29,676 bases of DNA from Verrucomicrobiota bacterium (GCA_039798785.1 JBDKFG010000073.1:1-29676); one strand, 5' to 3'; positions 1 to 8,914 are shown, counted from the first letter of the stretch. Numbers and translations: made by a program. Notes: generated from the letters alone by a model not told the origin.

Positions 1-1
1 C

Positions 2-817
2 AACAAGGACTTCGCCAAGCGCGCCTGCTACTACTCCGCCAAGGCCTACTCGCAGCAGCTCAAGAAGACGCAGCGCTACTCCAAGCTCCGCCCGGTGATC
101 TTCCTCGGCATCCTCAACTTCAGCTGCTTTGACGGTCCCGACTTCCTCACCCGTCACCTGATCCTCAATCAGAAGACCTTGAAGCACGAGATCGAAGAGC
201 TCGAATTCAGCTTCATCGAGCTGCCCAAGTTCACCAAGTCGGAAGCCGAGTTGGACGACGTCATCGACAAGTGGACCTACTTCATCAAGCACGCCGGCCG
301 CCTCAAGAAGGCGCCGAAGTCGCTCCTCAAGGTGCCGGAGATCTGCGAGGCCTTCGAAGTCGCCGACCAGCATCTCTGGACCGCCGAAGAGCTCGACAAC
401 TACGAATCCTGGCTCGATCGCGAGAATCGCCGCCGCGGCTCGATCGAGGTCGCGGTTGAGGCTGCCGCCGAGGCCGTCGCAGCGGCGGAAGCGGTAGCCA
501 ATAAAGCTGAAGCCGCCCGCCAGAAGGCCGAAGCCGAGAAGCAGAAGGCCGAAGCCGAGAAGCAGAAGGCCGAAGCCGAGAAGCAGAAGGCCGAAGCCGA
601 GAAGCAGAAGGCCGAAGCCGAGAAGCAGAAAGCCGAAGCCGCGAAGCAGAAAGCCGAAGCCGAGAAGCAGAAAGCCGAAGCCGAGAAGCGGCAAATCGCC
701 TTCACATCCGCAGAAATGCTGCTGAAAGCGAAAGTCTCAGAAATTCAGATTCGCAAAGCCACCGGCATCAGCCTTGCCGAACTCAAGGCCTGGATTGCCG
801 CCGGGCGAGAGCGTTGA
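2..817 (+). CDS. Rpn family recombination-promoting nuclease / PD-(D/E)XK putative transposase (5' end lies outside the window)
   Basis: The frame is open from position 2: NKDFAKRACYYSAKAYSQQL..LRPVIFLGILNF..FSFIELPKF..DKWTYFIK, all characteristic Rpn motifs. It ends with a short HTH-like tail (IRKATGISLAEL). Confidence 0.88.
   Translation, partial: NKDFAKRACYYSAKAYSQQLKKTQRYSKLRPVIFLGILNFSCFDGPDFLTRHLILNQKTLKHEIEELEFSFIELPKFTKSEAELDDVIDKWTYFIKHAGRLKKAPKSLLKVPEICEAFEVADQHLWTAEELDNYESWLDRENRRRGSIEVAVEAAAEAVAAAEAVANKAEAARQKAEAEKQKAEAEKQKAEAEKQKAEAEKQKAEAEKQKAEAAKQKAEAEKQKAEAEKRQIAFTSAEMLLKAKVSEIQIRKATGISLAELKAWIAAGRER
521..688 (+). repeat. Tandem repeat, 8 x 21 bp (CAGAARGCCGAAGCCGAGAAG), encoding (QKAEAEK)8
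   Basis: Counted directly. Units 1-5 have AAG-GCC, units 6-8 have AAA-GCC, and unit 6 has GCG for GAG. Confidence 0.97.
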
Positions 818-878
818 GGACCTGCACCTCGACGAAATCAGCGGCCCCTGAGTCGCGTCCCAGATGTGTCCCTGCTCA

Positions 879-906
879 TAGACACTTGCGCTCGCATGAC
901 TACATT
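879..906 (+). promoter_or_regulatory. Candidate sigma70 promoter for trpE-ilvE
   Basis: TAGACA (879-884), 16 bp spacer, TACATT (901-906), upstream of ATG 938. Confidence 0.4.
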
Positions 907-937
907 GTGCGACCAACGCAACCCCGTGCAGAGCACC

Positions 938-2452
938 ATGCCCATTCCCAGTCTCGACGACGCCCGCCGCCTCGCCACCCAAGGCAACCTGATCCCGGTC
1001 TACGCCGAGATCCTGGCCGACATGGAGACGCCGGTCTCCGCCTTCCGCAAGATCGCCTACGACGAGTCGGGCCGCCGCCTGCCGCACGCCTTCCTGCTTG
1101 AGTCGGTCGAGGGCGGCGAACGCATCGGCCGCTACTCCTTCCTCGGCGCCGGCCCCGCCGCCGTGCTCAAACGCGGCGAAACCGGCAGTGAGGTCACTTG
1201 GCCTTGCGGTCGCCGCGAAAGCCTGTCTCCTGCTCCCGAAGCCTTTGCCGATGTCCAACTCTTCCTCGCCCGCTGGAAGCAGGTGCCCGTCCCCGGACTC
1301 GCCCCCTTCGCCGGCGGCGCCGTCGGCTACACCGCCTATGAAACGGTTCAGCGCATCGAGCCGGTGGTCAAATGCCAGCGCGCCGACGGCCTCGACACGC
1401 CGGAAGCCATCTTCCTCATCGCCCACACCCTCGTCGCCTTCGACCGCGTCCGCCACCGCATCCAGGTGATCTCGCATGCCGATCTCTCCGGCGGCGCCAG
1501 CGTCGAAGAAGCCTATGCCGCCGCCTGCGGCCGCATCGAGGCGATCCTGGCGCAGCTCGCCCGGCCGCTGCCTCATCTCACCGCACCCGCGCTCGACAAT
1601 CTCGAGCCGCACGCCCATGTCTCCAATCTCGACAAGCCACGCTTCCTCGGCATGGTCGCCAAGGCGCAGGAATACATCCGCGCCGGCGATGTCATCCAGG
1701 TCGTCCTGTCGCAGCGCTTCAAAGCCGCAGCCAAGCCCGAGCCGCTGTCGCTGTTCCGCGCCATCCGCGCCATCAACCCCTCGCCCTACATGTTCTGCCT
1801 CCACCTCGGCGACGACTTTGCCCTCGCCGGCGGTTCTCCCGAAGTGCACGCCAAGGTCAGCCGCGAAGGCGTCGTCACCGTCCGCCCGATCGCCGGCACC
1901 CGCCGTCGCGGCGCCGACGCGACCGAAGACGCCGCCCTCGAAGCGGAGCTGCTCGCCGACGGCAAGGAGATCGCCGAACACGTCATGCTCGTCGACCTCG
2001 CCCGCAACGACATCGGCCGCATCGCCGAGACCGGCTCGGTGCGAGTGACGCAAAAGATGGTGGTCGAGCGCTACTCGCACGTCATGCACATCGTCTCCGA
2101 AGTCCAGGGTCAGCTCCTGCCTGAGCTCAGCCCCGCCGCCGCGATGGCCTCGACCTTCCCCGCCGGCACCGTCTCCGGAGCCCCGAAGATCCGCGCCATG
2201 CAGATCATCGCCGAGCTTGAGCCCACCGCCCGCGGCCCCTACGCCGGCGCCGTCTGCTACTTCTCCTTCTCCGGCGGCGTCGACTCGTGTATCGCCATCC
2301 GCACCGCGGTGCTGAAAGGCGAACACACCTACATCCAGGCCGGCGCCGGCATCGTCGCCGACTCGGTCCCGGAAGCGGAATACGAAGAGACCCGCGCCAA
2401 GGCGCGCGCCATGCTCGTCGCCCTCGCCGCCGCGACCCGCATCCCGAACTGA
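938..2452 (+). CDS. trpE: Anthranilate synthase component I
   Basis: Motifs ETPVSAF, LLESVEGGERIGRYSF, NPSPYM, PIAGT (TrpE type, not the PabB PIKGT), EHVMLVDLARND, FPAGTVSGAPK, QAGAGIVADS. ATG 938 is preferred over the ORF-track GTG 866. Confidence 0.92.
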   Translation: MPIPSLDDARRLATQGNLIPVYAEILADMETPVSAFRKIAYDESGRRLPHAFLLESVEGGERIGRYSFLGAGPAAVLKRGETGSEVTWPCGRRESLSPAPEAFADVQLFLARWKQVPVPGLAPFAGGAVGYTAYETVQRIEPVVKCQRADGLDTPEAIFLIAHTLVAFDRVRHRIQVISHADLSGGASVEEAYAAACGRIEAILAQLARPLPHLTAPALDNLEPHAHVSNLDKPRFLGMVAKAQEYIRAGDVIQVVLSQRFKAAAKPEPLSLFRAIRAINPSPYMFCLHLGDDFALAGGSPEVHAKVSREGVVTVRPIAGTRRRGADATEDAALEAELLADGKEIAEHVMLVDLARNDIGRIAETGSVRVTQKMVVERYSHVMHIVSEVQGQLLPELSPAAAMASTFPAGTVSGAPKIRAMQIIAELEPTARGPYAGAVCYFSFSGGVDSCIAIRTAVLKGEHTYIQAGAGIVADSVPEAEYEETRAKARAMLVALAAATRIPN

Positions 2453-2483
2453 AATTTTTCACCACAGCAATACGGAACATTCC

Positions 2484-3503
2484 ATGCAGAACCTCGACTG
2501 GGCCAACCTCGGCTTCACCTATCGCGACGTCAACGCTCACATCAAATCGGTCTGGAGCAAGGGCCGTTGGTCCACCCCTGAAGTCGTCCCCGGCGAGCCC
2601 TACCTGAAGATCCACATCGCCGCCACCGCCCTGCACTACGGCCAGACCGCCTTCGAAGGTCTCAAGGCCTTCCGTGGCAAGGACGGCGCGATCCGCATCT
2701 TCCGCCCCGACGCCAACTGCGCCCGCATGGTTTCCTCCGCCGAACGCACCGAGATGGCCGTCGTCCCCGAAGAGCTCTTCATCCAGGCCTGCAAGATGGC
2801 CGTCGAAGCCAACCTCGACTTCCTGCCGCCCTACGGCACCGGCGCCTCGATGTACCTGCGCCCCTTGCTCATCGGCACCGGCCCGCGCATGGGCGTCCAG
2901 CCCGCCGATGAATTCACCTTCATCGTCATCGCAGTACCGGTCGGCGCCTACTACAAAGGCGGCCTGCAAATGGTCGACGCCATGATCGTCGACGGCTACG
3001 ACCGCGCCGCCCCGATGGGCACCGGCAACGTCAAGATCGGCGGCAACTACGCCGCCGGCCTCAAGCCCTACCACATCGCCAAGGATGCCGGCTTCCCGGT
3101 CAACCTCTACCTCGACGCCAAGGAACACCGCTACATCGACGAATTCGGCACTTCCAACTTCGTCGGCATCAAGGGCGACACCTACATCACCCCCTCGTCG
3201 CCCAGCATCCTCCCCTCGGTCACCAACAAGGCCCTGATCCAGCTTGCCGCCGAGCTCGGCATGAAGACCGAGCGCCGCCCGGTCGAAGCCAGCGAGATCA
3301 AGGATTTCGATGGCATCGCCGCCTGCGGCACCGCCGTCGTCCTCAACCCGATCAACCGCATCGTCACCGCCGCCGGCACCGAGCTGTACAAGAGCCAGGG
3401 CGTCGTCCACCCCCGCTTCGAACAGCTCTACCGCGCCCTCCAGGCGATCCAGTACGGCGAAGCTCCCGACAAACACGGTTGGTGCGTGTCGGTGAAGGGC
3501 TGA
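2484..3503 (+). CDS. ilvE: Branched-chain amino acid aminotransferase (PLP fold IV)
   Basis: Motifs LHYGQTAFEGLKAFR, IFRPDAN, YLRP, KIGGNYAA (PLP lysine), ILPSVT, CGTAVV. Confidence 0.93.
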   Translation: MQNLDWANLGFTYRDVNAHIKSVWSKGRWSTPEVVPGEPYLKIHIAATALHYGQTAFEGLKAFRGKDGAIRIFRPDANCARMVSSAERTEMAVVPEELFIQACKMAVEANLDFLPPYGTGASMYLRPLLIGTGPRMGVQPADEFTFIVIAVPVGAYYKGGLQMVDAMIVDGYDRAAPMGTGNVKIGGNYAAGLKPYHIAKDAGFPVNLYLDAKEHRYIDEFGTSNFVGIKGDTYITPSSPSILPSVTNKALIQLAAELGMKTERRPVEASEIKDFDGIAACGTAVVLNPINRIVTAAGTELYKSQGVVHPRFEQLYRALQAIQYGEAPDKHGWCVSVKG

Positions 3504-3515
3504 GTCGAAAAGAGC

Positions 3516-3611
3516 TTGAAAGGCAAGCGGTCAAGCACAGGGACGCAGTGACCTGAGACTCAGTGACTGAGGTCACTCATACCTTTCAATTTTTAACTTT
3601 AAACCTTAAAC
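3516..3611. repeat. Intergenic nested inverted repeat plus short tandem repeats
   Basis: TTGAAAGG (3516-3523) pairs with CCTTTCAA (3582-3589), and AGTGACCT (3547-3554) with AGGTCACT (3570-3577). Then three heptamers TTTTAAC TTTAAAC CTTAAAC (3591-3611). Confidence 0.65.
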
Positions 3612-3621
3612 TCGAAGCTTT

Positions 3622-5148
3622 ATGAACCGCACCCTCCTGCTTGATCTCCTTCTCATTCTCGGCGTCCTTTGGATCATCCAAGGACGCTGGCCGCTGATTC
3701 CCGCCCTCTTCTGGCGAGACAAGCTGAAGGATTTCGCCAAGGCCTGCCGTCACAAGCTCCGGCACGACCGCGACATTCTTGATGCCGAACGGATCAAAGC
3801 ACTCGAGGACACTGCCACGACCATCGAAAAAGCCGCCGCCGAGGGCCTCCGCGGCGCCGCGGCGGAAGCCGTCATCTCCGAACACAACAAGCTTCTCGCG
3901 CCCTTCTTCCCGGTCAGCACCCGCAGCCGCGTCTCCGAAGCCACCGAGACCGTCGTCATCGCCTTCGCCCTCGCCTTCGCCGTCCGCTCGCTCGTCGCTC
4001 AACCCTTCGTCATCCCCACCGGATCGATGCAGCCCACCCTCAATGGCGTCAACGTCCGCAGTTCGCAGGAAGCCTTGCCTCCGACATGGCGCGGCCATCT
4101 CGACACTCTCTACTATGGCCGCCGCCACTTCGAATGGATCGCCCAAGGCGAACTCAAAGGGAACATCGAGATCAGAAGACATCCCCTCCCTCCTCCGCTG
4201 AACATTCTGAGCGACCGCCTTCAGATCAAGGTCGACGACGGGGCACAGGCCTTCCAGTTCCCAGGTCTCCTGCATGACTTCGGCAAGAACTTCGGCAGCC
4301 GCAGCGATGGCTACAACCCGCAGTTCCAAGGCAAGCCCGGCGATCTGCTCTTCCGCGGCTGGCAGGAATCCGGCGACCGCCTCTTCGTCGACCGTGTCAG
4401 CTACAACTTCCGCGAACCCCGCCGCGGCGAAATCACCATCTTCGAGACTTCCGGCCTGAAAGCTTACAATGGCGTCTCTCTCGACGGCCAATTCTACGTC
4501 AAACGCCTCATCGGCCTGCCCGGCGAAACCCTCCGCCTCAACCGCGACCGACGTCTCGAAGTCAAGGAGCTCGGCAGCGCCACCTTCCGCCTCCTTGGGG
4601 AAGAGAAGGACGGCCCCGCCCTGGCACAAATCGCCTCTCTGGCCTCCGGCTATCACGGCTGGTCATGCATCGATCCCGAGTCCGGACTCGGACTCAACCT
4701 CAACGTCATCGACCGCGCGCACGGCCTCAAACCCGAGAACCGCAGCCTCCACTTCATGCAGAGCCGCAACTCGAACGATTCCATCAGCTTGAACTGGGAC
4801 GGCCAAGTCTATCGGGACGACAAAAGCAGCGCCACGGCCAGGCTCCTTCCCGACGGCCAATACGAAATCAGCTATCTCGATCTTAAAGTCTTTTTCCGTC
4901 ACAGCCCCGAAGAAGGCTGGGTCTTCGTCGAACTCCGCCGCGCCAACGGCTTGCGGATGAGCCGAGGCCCTAACGACAGCCTCGAATACACCATCCCGGA
5001 AAACCACTACTTCCTGATGGGAGACAACACCGACAACTCCACCGACTGCCGCTACTTCGGCTGCGTCCCCCGCAAAAACCTCGTCGGCACCGCCCTCTTC
5101 GTATTCTGGCCCTTCGGCGAACACTTCGGTCCCTGCGGAAAACGCTGA
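3622..5148 (+). CDS. lepB: Signal peptidase I, long form
   Basis: Box B PFVIPTGSMQPTL (catalytic Ser), GDRLFVDR, box D YVKRLIGLPGE (catalytic Lys), box E YFLMGDNTDNSTDCRYFG, and two N-terminal hydrophobic segments. Confidence 0.93.
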   Translation: MNRTLLLDLLLILGVLWIIQGRWPLIPALFWRDKLKDFAKACRHKLRHDRDILDAERIKALEDTATTIEKAAAEGLRGAAAEAVISEHNKLLAPFFPVSTRSRVSEATETVVIAFALAFAVRSLVAQPFVIPTGSMQPTLNGVNVRSSQEALPPTWRGHLDTLYYGRRHFEWIAQGELKGNIEIRRHPLPPPLNILSDRLQIKVDDGAQAFQFPGLLHDFGKNFGSRSDGYNPQFQGKPGDLLFRGWQESGDRLFVDRVSYNFREPRRGEITIFETSGLKAYNGVSLDGQFYVKRLIGLPGETLRLNRDRRLEVKELGSATFRLLGEEKDGPALAQIASLASGYHGWSCIDPESGLGLNLNVIDRAHGLKPENRSLHFMQSRNSNDSISLNWDGQVYRDDKSSATARLLPDGQYEISYLDLKVFFRHSPEEGWVFVELRRANGLRMSRGPNDSLEYTIPENHYFLMGDNTDNSTDCRYFGCVPRKNLVGTALFVFWPFGEHFGPCGKR

Positions 5149-5162
5149 ACTCTGAAAGCTCG

Positions 5163-5582
5163 AGGGTCGAAATGCAAGCAGAGCTGCTGCGCGACCGCTT
5201 GCTGGACCATTCTATCAAGCACGGTGGGGATGCCCAGTTGGCGCTCCCCTCCGCCATCCTTGGGGATCAGCTTCTGGCGGATCGGCGAGGGCCGGTATTC
5301 TCCCGTCAGCAGCTTGCCCCGGATGCTCAGCCAATGCTGACTCAACCTGGATTCCGAAGCTGAGCTTGGGCTCAGCTCGGGAATCCGATTCAAGATTCAA
5401 AATTCAAGATTCAACAGAACGCGAACAAAATCAAAGATTTCGGGATCGAGGCTCAACAGCAGCCTCAGTTGAAGAGTGGTCAGCCCATCGATCCCGGGCG
5501 CTCCCTTGTTTCGTTCTACAGCCAGCACCGCCGCGTGGATATTCTCACGGTCGATGATGTTTTCCATGGTCATTTCTGTCAC
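5163..5582 (-). pseudogene. Group II intron reverse transcriptase/maturase N-terminal fragment (RT0 to RT2, class IIC-like), truncated and interrupted
   Basis: With the insertion removed it reads MENIIDRENIHAAVLAVERNKGAPGIDGLTTLQLRLLLSQHWLSIRGKLLTGEYRPSPIRQKLIPKDGGGERQLGIPTVLDRMVQQAVAQQLCLHFDP. This has the NKGAPGIDG and RQLGIPTVLDR motifs. There is no YADD, domain X or intron domain V. Confidence 0.92.
5346..5451. mobile_element. 106-bp MITE-like non-autonomous element
   Basis: Terminal inverted repeats CCTGGATTCCGAA / TTCGGGATCGAGG (11/13 complementary). It is flanked by the direct repeat CTCAA (5341-5345, 5452-5456). Removing it with one repeat copy restores the RT reading frame. Confidence 0.85.
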
Positions 5583-5716
5583 TTGCGCTTCGCTCTCTTC
5601 TGGGTTATGGCGCGGCCTTGCGGCCAGCCGAACCCGTGACTCTCGAGTGAAAGGAATTCAATAGAATCGGTTGATTCTGTCATTTATGCTATATCTTACC
5701 TCATCAACTGAGGTGA

Positions 5717-8700
5717 ATGATGTCAGCCAGTCTCTACGCCGGACTCACCGGACTCGCGCTTTTCGCCTCCTGCCCCGGCGTGGACGCGAGGGAAATCACG
5801 GCCGCCGCTGCGATCCCAGCACCCCTTCCCGCGACTTATCTCAACGAGCTCAATGCGCTCGACGCCGATGCGCTGCCCGCTGCGGAGATCGCAAAGAAGC
5901 TCGAGGTCCTCGCCCAGCTCCAGACCCCCGCCTGCCGCGATGCCCTACACCGCCGGATCGCCGAGGCCCGCCACCCCTCGCGCTACCTGCCCCTGCTCAA
6001 GGCTTTCCCGGGGGCGACGTCCTTCCGCATCGTGCTGCCCTATTATCAGGCCCGCCCCGACGACTTCGGCGAACTCCTGATGGACTGCCTCGCACCTGAT
6101 TGCGCCGAGGCGATCGAGGAAGCACAGCTTGAAGCGGACAAGAATTTCCTGACCCTTGTAAAGCTCAAGGAATTCGAGCTGGCTCGCTGGCTTCACTTCC
6201 AAGCCGTAAGCCACCCCGAGGCCGGCCCGCTGTGGCGCCTGCCGGAGCTGCGCCAGATCTATGCGTCGGCCGCAAAAAATGGCGAGCTCGCGCCGATCTT
6301 CTTTCCCGAGTTCCCTCCAGCTCTCCATCGCACCCTGCGGCACGAACTCAAGCTCGACCCATCCTCGCCCCTCGGCCGCGCCAGCCTGGCCCGGAGCCTG
6401 GGCGCGAATTGGGCTCAGTTCCATCGCGGCGGCCCGATCTGGACATACTGGGCCGCAGGCGAACGGCACCAGGCCGTCGCCGCCCTGAAAATCTGCCTCG
6501 ACACCTCGGCTCTTCCCACCTACGATTGGCGATCCGTCTGCATTCGACTTTTCCGCGAACTTCCCGCCGCGGAACGCTCGGCCTGGGCCGAGATCGCCGC
6601 CTCCTACAACCTCCTGGAGCTGATCGGCCCGGCCCAAGCCGCCGGACTCCTCCACGCCGGCGAAAAAAAACTGCTCCTGAGCTCTTTCGCTGAAGGCCAT
6701 GAAGTCTCTTGGCCGGACTGGCTGGCGCAAGCTCTTGCCGTGACCGCTCCGGAAAAGCTGCATCATTATTCGCCGCAAGAAGAAGCCGCAGTGGAATCAG
6801 TCGACTGGGAAAAGCTGCCGAAAACGGAATTGAAAAACCGTCTCCTAGCCCTGGATCCAAGACTGCGATACAAGCTGGCAAGAACGAAATTCTTCCCCGA
6901 TTTCGACGCCGCCGAGATGATCGAGATTTTCGGCCTTGCCACCGCAAGTTATTGCGTTCTCAACGAAGTCGACCTGCCAGTACTCAAGCAGCTCCTGGAT
7001 TTGCCTCGTTTCGACCAGAACGCCGCCGGCATCAATTTCAAACTCAGCGCCGCAGCGGAAATCGAAGAGCTGCTGCTCAGCCGGTCGCTGCCTTTCTACA
7101 CGCGGCAGAGCCTGCTCTATGCCCTCGATCAAGTCCAGGATCCGAGTGTCCCCAGCATCCTGCGCCGACTCAACGCCGGGATTCCAGTCCTCCCCCTACC
7201 GGAGGAGACGCTGCCGACGCTGCTGAAGCACCTTGAGACTCAACCCATCGATCTCCTTTCCTTGCGTCTGGCGCAAAATCTGTGGGCTCAGGAAAACGCC
7301 CCGGATCTCCCCATCGCCTTCCTCGATCGCCTGGAGAAATCCGTCGACGCCCTCGATTTGAACTCGCTGCCCTTCGCCTTGGCTCTGCTGCGGCGGGATC
7401 GGCCGGATTCGCCGCAGATCCGCCAGGTCTGCCACCGTCTGATCGAAAGCCTGCGCTTCGACCTCTACGATGCCCGCCTCATTGTCACCTGGGGACTCAT
7501 ACCCGAGGGGCTTCCATCCGACCCGGATCAGCGCGCCGTTCTCGAGCTCCATCGCCGCCTCAATCCCGAGGCTTTGAGTGCGCACACCTGGAACGAACTC
7601 CTGCCTGGCCCAGCCGATCCCGCACTGAACGAGGAGGCCCTGCAGCTCCTTCCGGCGACGGAACTCCTGGCGCAGTTCCGGCCCCTTTCGTCCGCGCGTC
7701 AAGAGGAGCTGCGCCCTGCCCATTCAGACTGGCAGCGCGCCCGCCTCGCCAGCTCGCTCGGCACCACGGAAGCCCCGGAGATCTACAAGCTCCTGAAATC
7801 TTCCCCCGAGCTCCTGGCGCTCCTGCCCAAACGCACTGACTGGCCGCAGCTCCGCCAAAGCTGGGAGAAAAACCTCCGCCCCGACAATCTCCAGGAAGCC
7901 CAGTCGCTGGTCAAACTCGACTGCCGCCTGCCGCAAGCCGTCTGGATCGACATTCTGCCGCAAGTCAAGAACGAGTCCGAACTCCTCCTGCTCCTCCGCC
8001 TCGCCTCGGCCCAGCCGCCGCTCGCGCCCGAGCTCGAAGCCGCGCTGAGCGAAGCCCTTGAGCACAGCCGCAACCGGGACTTCTTCTACCTCAACCACCG
8101 CCGCCTGCCCGGCAAAGGCTTCCATGAAGCGGGAAAGCCCGAAGCCGATTTCACCGCCCGCCTCTCGCCCTTCGCCTGGCCCGACCCCGCGGCGGATGCC
8201 CAGGACCAGCGCCTCTGGCAGCTCAAATGCCGCCTGGCGAAGAAACACCTCCTCTCCCCTTTCTTGCCACCGCGCTCGAATCCTGATCACCATCAGATCG
8301 GCGCTGCGGTCTCCCGCTTCTTGGAAGCTCCGTATGAGCGGCTACCAGAGTGCGCCCAGGAGCTGCGCCGAGTCAGCTCCAAGTCCGTCTCCGCCCGCGT
8401 CCTCGTCCGCGCCCTCATCGAAACCGATGATCCGCGCCGCCTCCGCGCCCTCCTGAAGGAATTGCCCGCCGAGCTGAATAGCGCCTTTTATCGCGACGAT
8501 TACATCTCCGTCTTCGACCTCCGCGCACTCTCCTTCTGGGTCGCCACCGGCATCATTCCGGAAACCGAGGTGCCGGTCTGGCTGCGACCCTGGCTCAGCG
8601 GCGGGATCTTCAGCGAACAAGCCCAGGAATACCACACCCCCAATCTCCTTGGCGAAAACGGCCCTCGCCGAGTGCCGGAGTGGACAATCGTCAACGACCG

Positions 8701-8914
8701 CCTCGTCTTCTCCCCCGCCGCCCCCGCGCCCTACGCCGCCGGCGATCTGAGCACCCTCTGGCCCTTCCTCTCCGAATCACTGCGCTCGCGATTCCTCTTG
8801 CAAGTGAAGGACGAAGCTCTCCGCGCCAAGCTCGAGAAAATCCCCTTGCGACAGTCGGAGATTCATGTATGGGGAAAACCGGACGACCCAGAAGAAGCCA
8901 AGAGGCCGAACTAA
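5717..8914 (+). CDS. Large hypothetical protein, Leu/Pro/Ala-rich, possible N-terminal signal or lipoprotein peptide
   Basis: A 1065-codon ORF with GAGG upstream of the ATG and codon usage like the host genes. The N-terminus is hydrophobic and ends LALFASC. No family motif recognised. Confidence 0.75.
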   Translation: MMSASLYAGLTGLALFASCPGVDAREITAAAAIPAPLPATYLNELNALDADALPAAEIAKKLEVLAQLQTPACRDALHRRIAEARHPSRYLPLLKAFPGATSFRIVLPYYQARPDDFGELLMDCLAPDCAEAIEEAQLEADKNFLTLVKLKEFELARWLHFQAVSHPEAGPLWRLPELRQIYASAAKNGELAPIFFPEFPPALHRTLRHELKLDPSSPLGRASLARSLGANWAQFHRGGPIWTYWAAGERHQAVAALKICLDTSALPTYDWRSVCIRLFRELPAAERSAWAEIAASYNLLELIGPAQAAGLLHAGEKKLLLSSFAEGHEVSWPDWLAQALAVTAPEKLHHYSPQEEAAVESVDWEKLPKTELKNRLLALDPRLRYKLARTKFFPDFDAAEMIEIFGLATASYCVLNEVDLPVLKQLLDLPRFDQNAAGINFKLSAAAEIEELLLSRSLPFYTRQSLLYALDQVQDPSVPSILRRLNAGIPVLPLPEETLPTLLKHLETQPIDLLSLRLAQNLWAQENAPDLPIAFLDRLEKSVDALDLNSLPFALALLRRDRPDSPQIRQVCHRLIESLRFDLYDARLIVTWGLIPEGLPSDPDQRAVLELHRRLNPEALSAHTWNELLPGPADPALNEEALQLLPATELLAQFRPLSSARQEELRPAHSDWQRARLASSLGTTEAPEIYKLLKSSPELLALLPKRTDWPQLRQSWEKNLRPDNLQEAQSLVKLDCRLPQAVWIDILPQVKNESELLLLLRLASAQPPLAPELEAALSEALEHSRNRDFFYLNHRRLPGKGFHEAGKPEADFTARLSPFAWPDPAADAQDQRLWQLKCRLAKKHLLSPFLPPRSNPDHHQIGAAVSRFLEAPYERLPECAQELRRVSSKSVSARVLVRALIETDDPRRLRALLKELPAELNSAFYRDDYISVFDLRALSFWVATGIIPETEVPVWLRPWLSGGIFSEQAQEYHTPNLLGENGPRRVPEWTIVNDRLVFSPAAPAPYAAGDLSTLWPFLSESLRSRFLLQVKDEALRAKLEKIPLRQSEIHVWGKPDDPEEAKRPN

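Noticed and set aside
521..688. 21-bp repeats as a CRISPR array
   Set aside because: Head-to-tail with no spacers, in frame within a CDS, and no cas genes.
818..937. trp attenuator or leader peptide upstream of trpE
   Set aside because: No Trp-codon-containing leader ORF and no terminator hairpin with a U-tract.
938..3503. pabB-pabC pair rather than trpE-ilvE
   Set aside because: PIAGT and NPSPYM indicate TrpE, and LHYGQ..FEGLKA and KxGGNY indicate a branched-chain aminotransferase.
5149..5660. RT as part of an active retron, DGR or defence system
   Set aside because: Only the N-terminal ~98 aa remain, with an internal stop and no catalytic YADD. The motifs are of group II intron type, and I saw no TR/VR repeat pair or msr-msd.
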